A stretch of 64,000 nucleotides of DNA, from NCBI GenBank assembly GCA_013265495.1, contig MU058781.1, forward strand, positions 3,597,050 to 3,661,049. Reading direction: 5' to 3'. This document shows positions 14,045 to 24,530 of this stretch, in pieces. The position numbers and the translations under genes were made by a program. How positions within the stretch are numbered: the first letter of the stretch is position 1; each line of letters begins with the position of its first letter. A model generated the notes under the pieces. That model searched no databases and had not been told where the DNA came from. It saw nothing but the letters and a program-made list of their open reading frames with translations. The DNA comes from Vicugna vicugna. Its lineage: Eukaryota.

Positions 14045-14218
14045 TACCCTGATTCACAGGCTCTAAACCACCACTATGAAGACCTACGGTGAGCTTACCT
14101 ACTACCAACAAAGAAAAGCCACTGTCAATTAAGCTACGACCTGACACCGACAGTAGGCATGTCCTGATTTTAGATGTTAAAGCGTAAAAAAAAAGTCTCA
14201 GTATCAATGATCTGCGAT
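14045..14218 (-). mobile_element. TcMar-Tc2 MITE, MER104-like
   Basis: tcctgattttagatgttaaagcgtaaaaaaaagtctcagtatcaatga resembles the reverse complement of the MER104 terminus. Confidence 0.55.
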
Positions 14219-14910
14219 ATTTAACCTCTCTCCAGTTAAACTTCTCACCTGTAAGACAGAGACACTAACTCCCCGCCATGAAGGCTGGTTGTGCAGTGGG
14301 AATTAGGTACCACATGTGCTACACCTGACTCTGGACCTGGTACAAAGTACTCGATAGAATGTTAGTTCCTCTTCTTACTTCGAAAGGGATGGGGGTAGGT
14401 CCTAGACAGAGTGTAAGCTTTTTTCAGAGTAGTTACCATATCTTCTGTATCTCTGACTTCTTACCTCTTCTCACCTCCCCGTCATGACCCAGAACAATGC
14501 TGTAGACGTCCTAGGCACACCACAAATGGATAGTGAATGCAAGGGTTGAACTAGCTTGAAAACTGATCAATACCCACTGGGGGAACCTCTGTTGGAGGAT
14601 GCGGCCACTGCAATCCCACTGGCTCCCCCAGCACCTGGAAGTGATGAGCACACCTGTCAGTACCATCCTGGGTCATGGGGACTGGAAAGAAGAAAAGCGA
14701 CTGGCAGGGGCTTGGGTGCACAGCACGTGGGCAGGCTGTGGACAGCGGCCCACTGCATGTGGGTCAGCACTCGTGGCTACATCTCGGGTCTGCAGACAAG
14801 TGCAGCATTGTGGTACCCACAGGCCTCCCAGGGAAAACCAGGCTGCCTCTGTGTCCTAGATGTGAACAGCTGTGCATATTAAGTCAGACAGGCTACGTCC
14901 CCAGGGGCTC

Positions 14911-15080
14911 TCAACCTGTCCGCAGGACTCTCTGAGAGCAACATTGTGCGGTGTCAATAAATGACCCACGTGCGCGATGCTGGAAGGAGCAGAAGTTCAG
15001 ACAAAAAGAACCGTGCAGCGTTTTTTTCCCAGAAGTGTTTATATCTTCTGCTTTTTTTTCCCTCTGGTGCCCCAGCTCTA
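14911..15080 (-). CDS. GFOD1: Putative coding part of an alternative terminal exon of GFOD1 (short isoform)
   Basis: Strong pyrimidine tract plus CAG/TAG tandem acceptor on the minus strand at 15115-15078. In frame with the phase-1 donor of exon 1. Adds (V)ELGHQREKKAEDINTSGKKTLHGSFCLNFCSFQH...LRTG*. No transcript evidence available. Confidence 0.5.
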
Positions 15081-16079
15081 CTGGAAAAGGGAAAGAGACA
15101 GAGCAGGGAAAGAATCTCACTTCCTACCACCCACTTGTGATTATTCAGAGTCACGGAGGAGATGAGGGACACTGCCAATGACAAATGTAAATGACAAGTC
15201 ATCCAAAATCCCGAATTTGCCCTTGACTTCAATCACAAGACAGTGTGTCGGAGGCATGAGTATGCTCACACCCTCACAGAGGCACTCACCGCTCCCTCCA
15301 AGCTCCAATTAGCTGGAATTTCACAGTCCCAGGTCCCTAAGGAATGCTCGCACAAATGGGTATCGCTTTCACAAAGTTAATGGGACTTGAAGGGGGAAGA
15401 AAAACAATACTAATTACCAAAATAGCAATTATCTATTCGCTGAAGTTTCATGCTTTAGTGCTGTTTTAGCCTTGCCCCACGGATGGAGAGGGCAGAGGGG
15501 GCCGGGAGAAGGGGAACTGTCAGAAACCTCATTTTCCCCAGAGTCGTGCCAGCGGCGCAGAGAGGAGAAAATGACCCTCCTGTGAACACAGTATCCTTCC
15601 CCACGTCATTGGGGACCAGCCGGGACTGTTCCCTTGGGTTCTCACAGGATTAAGGGGCCTGAATCTAGTCCCTCCCCCATTGTCCCCCTGTGTAGTCTCT
15701 GAGGTCCCTTTGCTTCTCTGTGCCTTGGGCTCTACATGGGCCAAAAGGAAGGAAAACTTCAGAGAGTTGCTGAGGGCTAAGGAAGCGTCTCCAGGGAGGG
15801 GAGCTGTCCTGCCCTGGCATTTCTCCAGCTGCGTCTGTGCCACTTGCCACCCAAAGTCCCTGCGAGGACCCTGGTGGGGGTAAATAAAGAAGGTAGTACC
15901 TATACATCATTAAATATCTACTAATTACTCATGCAACTCCAGCAGCCCACACTGTAGACTCCCTAGCATCCCATTCCTAGGAGAAAATGAAACACACCCA
16001 AAAGCTTGGATCGCTCAAAAATCCCTGTTTATATCAAGCACAAATGACTGCTTTGTTCATGGCTGAATCTCCAGCCTTG

Positions 16080-16295
16080 AGATTAGTGCCCTCCAACAGA
16101 AATTTCTACCACGATGGAAATGTTCTGAGCGGCACTGTCCCACACGGTAGCCTCCAGCCAGCCACACGTGGCCGTTGAGCACTTGAAATGTGGCTAGGGT
16201 AAGTGAGAACTTGAATACTTTACTTTATTTTTAATTTTTGTAAATTTAAAGAGCCATGTATGGCTAGTGACTACTGTATTGTGAAGCACAGATCT
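16080..16295. mobile_element. hAT-Charlie MITE, MER3-like
   Basis: tccaacagaaatttctaccacgatggaaatgttct...gccacacgtggccgttgagcacttgaaatgtggctag. Confidence 0.7.
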
Positions 16296-16342
16296 AGAGA
16301 CTGCCTGGTATACAGCTGGTGCTCAATAAAGGTTTGTCCAAG

Positions 16343-16606
16343 GCTCACAGACATGGAAAACAAACTTATAGTTACCAGGGGAAAGGGGACAGAAAGGGAG
16401 AAATTCAGGATTTGCAGGTACTACTATATATAAAATAGGTCCTACTGTCTAGCACAGGTAACTATATTCAACACCTTGTAATAGACTATAATGAAAAATA
16501 TGAGTAGGAATATATATATATATATGCATAACTGAAATCACTATGTCTTACACCAGAAATTAGCACAACATTATAAATTGACTAGATCGCAATTTAAAAA
16601 CAAAAA
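16343..16606 (+). mobile_element. LINE-1 3' UTR fragment, same family as 12070-12725
   Basis: ctcacagacatggaaaacaaacttatagttaccagggg...tagcacaggtaactatattcaa...acaccagaaatt...ttataaattgacta plus A-rich tail. Confidence 0.85.
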
Positions 16607-18834
16607 GATTTTTTTCAAGGGAAGCATGGACAGGAGCTCACCAAATCACCTGATTAAGCACAACACCCGTGTTTCCTGAGCCCTCACTTGAAATAAGTCC
16701 CTGTTTAAGTAAGTCCAGAACCTTCTGAGCTAGGTACATTTATTGTCTCTGCTTTACAGACAAAGACACTGAGGTTCCGATGAGAAAAGTGGAGGACCCA
16801 TAGCCACGTAAAATGCGGCAAGACCCAGATTCAACCCCAGGCAGTACGACAGGGTCAGCCTCTTAAAACTAGGCAACTTCTCTACTAACGAAGAAAGTAT
16901 TCGGACACCTCACTTTACTGTCTACAGAATGACACCAAGTTCAACTTATTTTTTTTTTTGGAAATATGGAAAAGGAAAGAACATTTCCTTTTGAAATAAA
17001 GCAATGAAAATACATAGAGTGTCATGTTTGGAGATGTTTTCAAAGCCCAGCCAGCACACTCACCTAGCATGGCCCCACTGACCGGCTCCTGGATCCCAAG
17101 TCAAGAACTAAGTGTACATTCCACTGCTGGGGCCTTTCCCTAAACCCACCTCCTACGGCAGCAGACTTTTCTGCGGTGGCCTCACAGTCATCATCTCCAC
17201 GAGTTCTCACCTCCTGATGCTGACAAGCACGTCCACCGCTCATGCACTGAGTGTCCTTCTCCACGGACATTCTTTCATCCCTTCTCATCCAGTGACTCAC
17301 AGCCTCAGGCCCGCCTTGCTCCTTGGACCATAAGGGGCTCAACAGTGTAACAAAGAGACACCACCGTCCAACACAAGCACAAAACTAAGCACGGCCCGCT
17401 CGTCTGCCCTCTCCTCCGCTGACCATGCCCTCCACCCACCCCATCACACAGGGAGCTTTGTCTTTACATCAATTTTTGCAGCTCTTTTCACACCCTCTAA
17501 GGAAACCGTTTGTGTCCCTCTCCACAGGGTCCTTCCCCACAATCCCGCAAGCTGTTCCCTTCTCCCTCCTCCAGAGCTGTGTCATCTGTGACTGTCACCG
17601 TTTGGGATCTGGGGAGAGAGAAAATGGTGAGTGGAACTTACTGCTGGTGGGGGGAAGGGGGTGGCTAGCAAAAAATATATATATTTTTTAATTCTAGGTA
17701 AAAATTTTTTTTAAATTTTGGACATTCTTGAACCACTCTAACTTTGTTCTACGCAGCTGATGGTAGGAAACAATTTTCCTCAGAGCGCTGCCTCAGAGCC
17801 AGGCGGTTCCTTGAAGAGGAATCTATCACCTTTCAGCTATTTAAATCCGATTCCCTCTTCTTGGTCCAGTATAAGCCCCACCTCCTTCAAAGGTTCTTCC
17901 CAAGCCATTCACCCTCGGGAATTCCTCCATTACCTGCAGAGCCACCTCCTCAGGGAGCAGGCTGCCTGAGGGCATGGGCCCTGGGGACCAGTGTGGCCCT
18001 TTCTCACAGGCCCGGTGCATTTTCTCTCTAACCTCAAACTCCCCTCAGGAAAATAAGGGCTCAGCAGTGAACCAGATCCGGCCCTTCTACAAGGCAACCT
18101 GGCAACACGTCAGCTCCTGTTGGGCGAAGCCCCTTCCAGGACTCACTCCCCAGGCTCTCCCATTCACGCACAGAGAGCTTTCCAGGAGGGGCATTCTGTT
18201 CAAACACCGTCTCTCTTTTCCCTCTTTGTTCCAGTTCGCTCTACAGACTGGCACTGGGAAGCCACCCTGATGGCCGACCCTTAATCTAATACTGATGTTC
18301 TGGGGTTACTCAACTGCCTTAAGCAAACACTTCCTGTCATTGCAGAGTAACGATCCTTTCTGTACTTAATGCATGTATTTCACTGCATTGCTGTGTGTTC
18401 GCAGATATTTATCTTCTCTTAATATCTGGGCTATTTCTCACCACAGCTAAAACAGTGCTACAGACATTCAAAGGCATTTATTAAATCAAAATAAATGAAA
18501 AAAAGAGAAACCCTCTCTAGATACCGGGCAAAATTAGTGATGGAAAGGTCCTGGAGCAACTCTGAAAATCTCCAAATTGGAAATGGCTCCGAAAGAATGT
18601 TCAGTGCATTACCAGGACCTGGCACAATGCAGAAGACCTGGTCACCAGCATCCACTCACACGGTCATCTCCCTCTTCTAAATAATGAACCATTTCAACAA
18701 GTATTTGGCAAAGCTAATTTCACTTGGGTTGGAGAATTAGTTCAGCTGTATTTAGTTCCAAAATCAAAAATAAAGAAAGTACTTGAAAATCAAAAAAACC
18801 TACCCCTAACTTGACAACATCCCAAAATCGTAAA

Positions 18835-19725
18835 ACCATTGCTTCCAATTCAATAATAAGATGACAGACAACCCCCATTTAAAATGGTCAAGTGAGCAGA
18901 ATATTTCACCAAAGAAGATAGATGACTGGTTAATAAGCCTATGAAAAGGTGCCCAACATCATCAGTCATTAGGGAAATGCAATTCAAAATTATAATGAGA
19001 CACCACTACACACTAACTATAAAAGCTACAAGCAAAAAGACTGATGATATCAAGTGCTGGCGATGAAGAAATCAGAACTCTTCTACATAGCTGGTAGGAA
19101 TGCAAAATGGTGCAGCTGCTTAGGAAAACAGTTTGGCAGTTTATCTTAAAAAGTTAAATCTTTGCATACCATATAACCCATCAATTTCACTCCTAGATGT
19201 CCATCTGAAAGAAATGAGAACATGGGTCTACAAAAGACTTGTCTGCATATGTTCACTGAAGCATTATTCATAATAGCTAAAAACTGGGAACAATACAAAT
19301 ATCCATCAAATGTTGAATGGATAAACGAAATGTGTTACAGCCACACTATGGAACATCACTTGGCAAGTAAAAAGAAAGAACTTCTGACACATGCAGCAAT
19401 ACGAATGAACCACAAAAACATGCTAGGTGAGAGAAGCCAGACATAAAAGACCTCATGTTATGATTCCATTCATATGAAATTTCTGGGAAAGGCAAAATGT
19501 TACAGAGACAGAAGGCAGACGTGTGGTTGCCCAGGGTTAGGGGTGGGAATGGCGGTTGGCTGAAAACAAGCATGAGGAAACTTTTGAGGGTATTGAAGTG
19601 TTCTAAAGCTTTCTGTGCTGCACAACCATACGCGTTTACTAAAAATGATCAGATCACTCACAATGGGTGCAGTTTATAATATATAAATGATATCTCAATA
19701 AAGTTGTTTCATTTTTTAAAAAAAG
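18835..19725 (+). mobile_element. Ancient L1M (L1MC/L1ME-type) ORF2 3' end and 3' UTR
   Basis: tatttcaccaaagaagata...catcagtcattagggaaatgcaattcaaa...gcattattcataatagctaaaaactgg...atctcaataaagttgtt. ORF 19222-19446 shows degraded L1 ORF2 C-terminal residues. Confidence 0.9.
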
Positions 19726-20285
19726 CAATGCTAAAGCTGCAAACCAACTTAATTTGGGGCTTCAAAACGCTATAGTTTTAGTTTATGGATATTACACTAA
19801 CTAAAAGAGAATCTCATTACCCTCAGGGGTATTATAGTTGGAAATTGGAAATTTAAAAAACAATTCACATCATTTTTGTAGTTATTTTTCCATGTTTTTT
19901 AAAATACTCATTAACAATTCTCGGGAAAAGTCTAAACCCCAAGGCATCCCAGACTTGCCCAAACCTGAGGGACCAGCTCTTTCAAAGCCCTGTTGACGAG
20001 TGTAGAACCGTCCGGGTGAGGGGGCGACGTGGCTCTCAGCAGCGAGTGTGAGAGTCTTTTCCCAACATTCCCTTTGGCCTGAGTCTGAAATAAAAAGAAC
20101 TTCCCCCTTCAAGCTCTTCCCACTGAGAGGACAACACTCAGTGTGTCCGAGGGGCCCACTCCATCAGCTGAACTCCCCAGAGGGGCTTCTCCACCCAGTC
20201 TTTCTAGACCCACACTTGGGACACATCTTGATAGGCACAGCATCGCCCCATGTGCCTGGCCAGGTGGCCTGGATCCAGCCAAAAC

Positions 20286-20535
20286 CTGCATCAGGCAGGG
20301 TTCTCCAGAGAAACAGAACCAATAGGATGTGTATGTACGGAGAGAGAGGTTTAGTTTTAAGGAATCGGCATGTGCAATCATGGGGATCGGCAAGTTCGAA
20401 ATCCACGGGGCAGGCCAGCAGGCTGCACACCCAGGAAGAGTTGATGCTGCAGTTCCCAGAACAAAAGCAGTCTGAAGACAGAAGTGCTTTTTCCTTGGGG
20501 GACCTCAGCTTTTCCTGACTCCTTTGAGGCCCTAC
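20286..20535 (-). mobile_element. ERVL LTR fragment (MLT2-type)
   Basis: cagggttctccagagaaacagaaccaataggat...ttttaaggaatcggc is the reverse complement of the MLT2 3' end. Confidence 0.75.
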
Positions 20536-23059
20536 ATTTGAACTCAAAGGGTCTATGGCTCACAGTGGTCCTTTGCTGGTGCACACCGTGCAGGAGGCGC
20601 TCGGTAAAGGCTTGCAGACCATAAGCCATTTGGACAGATGACCGTACAACTCCATGGAGTCAGTCATGTTTATGGGCTCTCCCATAACCTACTTTAAACA
20701 TACGCACACCCTAAATTGAATAATGACAGTAAGGTTGACGCCATTTGATCACCACATATATTTTTCTCCCCACTGGTTTTACTATGGCCACTAGAAGAAG
20801 AGCAAAATGCCAAATGCATATTTCATAAAGTAGACAAAGAACCCACATAATCCAGAAATGTCTACATCTGTAAAATCTTCAACCAAGTCTAGTTCTTCTA
20901 ATCAGCACCTTTGTGGAGCCCAGCCCCCAGCTCGGAATGACCACTCTTAATCCCTCCATTGCCACTACCCTCCAGTAGTGTGGTCCCCACAGCATTTCGT
21001 GACATATCCCCCACATTGTGAGGGAACCTCCAGAAAGACAGAGCTGGGAGGAAGCACTGGACGTAGGCACACCTGGGGGTGGGGGGCAGGGCTGCACTTT
21101 TCAAGGGGCTGAACTGGTAATATTTTTATTTAGGAGCAGCATGTGGACGGTGTTCCATCCACCACATGGGCTCAGGAAGCAGAGGACGCTGCTCTAATGA
21201 GGGGTGGGTGATGAAGGTGACACGTGGGGAGGAGCAGAACACAAAATGGTCAAATTCTAGGAGTTCACAGTTCCCAGGTACCTACTGAGACCCAGCTAAC
21301 CTCCCTGTCCCGAGTTCCATGAGACGGCCCAGCATCCTTCTCACAAGGGATGGTAAATCTTCATAGGAGGATGCTAGGTTCCTGCTAACACCAGCAACAC
21401 TTTCTGGATCACCTATCTATGAAGCAAGGACTTGATTTTCAGCCAAGATAACATCTGAAGCTTGGCTTATGTACATTCCCTTTTTAAAATAAAAAATTTA
21501 ACTGTGTTTTCTGAGTCTAGCAGGAAGGAATCATTTCATTAGAAAATGAGAAAAAAAATCTTCAAAAGCACCATTTGGAATAGGCTAGATAATTGATTAC
21601 ACTGGGGAGAAGCAAAATTAACATTTATTGAGCCCATGGAGACAAGGAAGGGGGCCATAGACTAGGTCTTTACACAACCTCTCATTTTAATTGTCACTCC
21701 TATATGATGGTATCTTCAACCCCATTTTATTGATGAAAAACTGAGGCTCAGGAAGGTCGTTACCTGTCCTAATGTCACATAGTTGGAACCTGCCAACCCT
21801 TCCCAGCATTGGCTAGTCTTGTGAATCACAACATCTTAAATAATGATGCCCTTTGCTGGGCCATGATTGCCCTTAATCAAAATATATAACTAATTGCCTG
21901 TGTATTTCTTCATCGGTGAAACCCTTAAAACATTGCTATCTGCCTTCACTTATTTTTATTTTTATTTTTATTTTTATTTTTTGGGCTGTCCCCAGTTTCA
22001 GGTATCAAACTGTCCAACTTCTTCATTTGGTTTCACCTCACTCCATTTTTAACTTCTGCAGAATTGTACATTTTTCAAAGCCAGATACCATCAACAAAAT
22101 ACTCACTCAACTGAGCCTAATTGCAGTGAGATAAAAGGAGGCTGGTGATGCTTGACTTTTCCTAACTGTAAACAGAGTCGTTCCTTTCATTCCCATATGC
22201 CCCAGGGCTTCCTCAACTCTGCACCAAATCAACAGACCGCAATGATTTCTCTCAGTGTCCAGAGGTAGAGAAAAAAAAATGCAGTCCCCTTTTCTAGAGT
22301 CTTCAGACAGGAACAGATGGAGAAAAGACTTGAAGGAAGAACAGGAAATGCAGGGTTTGCTGGAGTTTCAGAAGGGTTACTCTCAAGTCCAAATACACTG
22401 TTTCGTTATCAGCAGCCGTATCTCTGCTAGTGTGGCAACCTCGGCCAGCCAGCAGGGCCCCATCTCAACCCCATTTCCTCCCTGCTCTCTCAGGCCTGTT
22501 TCCAGCAGCCCTCCTCAACCTTGAGCAGTATCTGACACTGTGAAGGAGGGCAGGAAAGGACACAGAGCTCCAGGTCCGTAGCTAATGATGACAAACAAGT
22601 TGGAGCAAGAACAGTGTGCGGCAGCAGGATCAAAGCTCAGTGAAACCCTACAGCCTCATTCACCATCCCAAAGAGCCATCCATCCCATGAGACTTCCCCA
22701 AGGGAGCCTGCACTACTATCTCCCAAAACTGGGGCAGGGACCATGGAACAGACGTCATTACGTTACGCACAAAGGCAACAGGTGTTTGAACACAGTCCCC
22801 CTGCCAGGTTAATGACTCACGGCAGGGCACAGCTTCTTTTCCCAAAGGCCAGAGGGCTATCACACCTCTATATGGCTGCTGCAGCCTCCACAGCACCTGG
22901 GAGCTGGCTGCAAATTCTGAATCTCAGGTCCCACTCTAGAATCTGCATTTGGACAAGACGCCCAGGTACTGGGACTGGAAACTGAAGTCTGAGACGCACT
23001 GGGCTATTGCAGGCAGCACAAAAATGTTCTGTATTGATTGACACATCCTGTTTGTAACC

Positions 23060-23800
23060 CGAGCGTTCATTCATTCCATGAAAGGCATTCATCTGTCATT
23101 AAAGAAATATTTACAGTGTGCCCAGGAGGTGACTCAGTGCCTGGCACTGTCTAAGGGAGATAAGGCAACCAGGGGAGCCAAGCAGACAAAGGCCCTACCA
23201 CCTCAAAGAACTTACATTCTAACTGGGGAGACAAGTAACACACAAGAGGCTGAGCAAACAAATGAAGGAGATTATCACCAACTGTGAACAGCACTACCAA
23301 GAGGATAAAGAGGATGATCGAGGTATACGATGGAGAGCTGCGGGGAAGACTTTCGAGTGGGAAGGGAGGACCAGAAACGCCTCTCTCCTGATAAACATTT
23401 GAGCTGAAACTTGAAAGTGAGAATGGGCCAGCCAGTCAGAAGAGTGAGGGGAGAACCTTCCAGGCAGAGGGAAGAGCCAGTCTGTAAAGACCCAGAGTCA
23501 GGAAAGCGGTTAGTGTGTTGGGAGGAACAGAAAAGAGGCCTAAGTGACAGGAGAGGAGGGAGTGAGCCCCAGAGAGCATGTCGTCACCCAAGGGGTGGGA
23601 GAGCTTCCGAGGCAGGACCATTTCAGCCACAGAAGTCACAGCGAAGAGCTCGAATGCTGGTCCAAGCGCCATGGGAGCCACTGAAAGGTTCTGAGCAGCG
23701 AGCGACGCAAGCACATACATACATGTATATGCCACTCACCTGTTCTGTGGAGAACAGAGTGGAGAGGAATCCAGAGGGGAGTGAGGAGGCGGCTGACTGC
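23060..23800 (+). mobile_element. LINE-2 fragment
   Basis: ttcattcattcc...gtgcctggcactg...aacttacattctaactggggagaca...catttgagctga...ggagccactgaaaggttctgagcag, a typical L2 3' region. Strand given as the reading direction of these motifs. Confidence 0.6.
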
Positions 23801-24378
23801 ACAGTCTCGGTGGAGTGGCCTGCTGTGGGAGGACAAACCGGGGACATGTTTTGACTGACCAAGGGCCGGCCAGGAGTCACACTGGGCCCTCCGTGTGATG
23901 CTGCTCTAGATACAAAGGTGAGCAGGACTGTCCTCGGCCGCCTTCAGGCACCTGACAGTCAGGGGCTCGTGGAGAGAGGCACACGAGGAAATTGACAAAG
24001 AGCAGTGTCCAGTCAGGTGCCCGGTAATTTGGCAGTGTCTTGGTTAAATGAAACAAGCACATCCTTTTTCACCAGCAGTTAACGTATTTATCCTACAAGG
24101 AGATTGGCATCTACGCAAAATGCCATCTGCTCTAGATTATTCATTACATGTTTGTATAAGCAAAAGATTAGAAACAACTTAAATGTTGAGTAATAGGAAC
24201 TGCTTAAATAAATTTTGATTTGTCCATACAATGAAACACTATGCAAGCCAAAATTAGGAACAAGAATACTTTCACATTTTGAGTTTTTTATATACACATA
24301 TATACAATTTATGTATATAAATTTTCAAGATAATATATTGTTGCATGACAAAAACGGTATGTATGAGATGTCACTAAT

Positions 24379-24530
24379 CCTGGGGTTTTTTGGGGGATGG
24401 AGGTAATCGGGTTTATGCATATATAAATATATATATATTATATATATATATATATATAATATATATATATGTATTTTAGACAGAAGTAATGAAGCATGCA
24501 CTCTACCCGTGACCTATGCCTTCCCCCACT
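24379..24530 (-). mobile_element. Vic-1-like SINE, internally deleted, with (TA)n expansion, inserted in an old L1M fragment
   Basis: Reverse strand reads ggggaaggcataggtcacgggtagagtgcatgctt. Perfect 12-bp duplication gatgtcactaat at 24367-24378 and 24531-24542. Confidence 0.7.

Noticed and set aside
19222..19446. ORFs resembling L1 ORF2 (also 40325-40513 and 60900-61250)
   Set aside because: Degraded fragments of ancient LINE-1, not functional genes.
12070..19725. Intronic L1 fragments at 12070, 16343 and 18835 all lie antisense to GFOD1
   Set aside because: Well-known orientation bias, and too few copies to be informative.
20048..20518. Longest ORF in the track (156 aa)
   Set aside because: Non-ATG start, half lies within an MLT2 LTR, and there is no domain resemblance.
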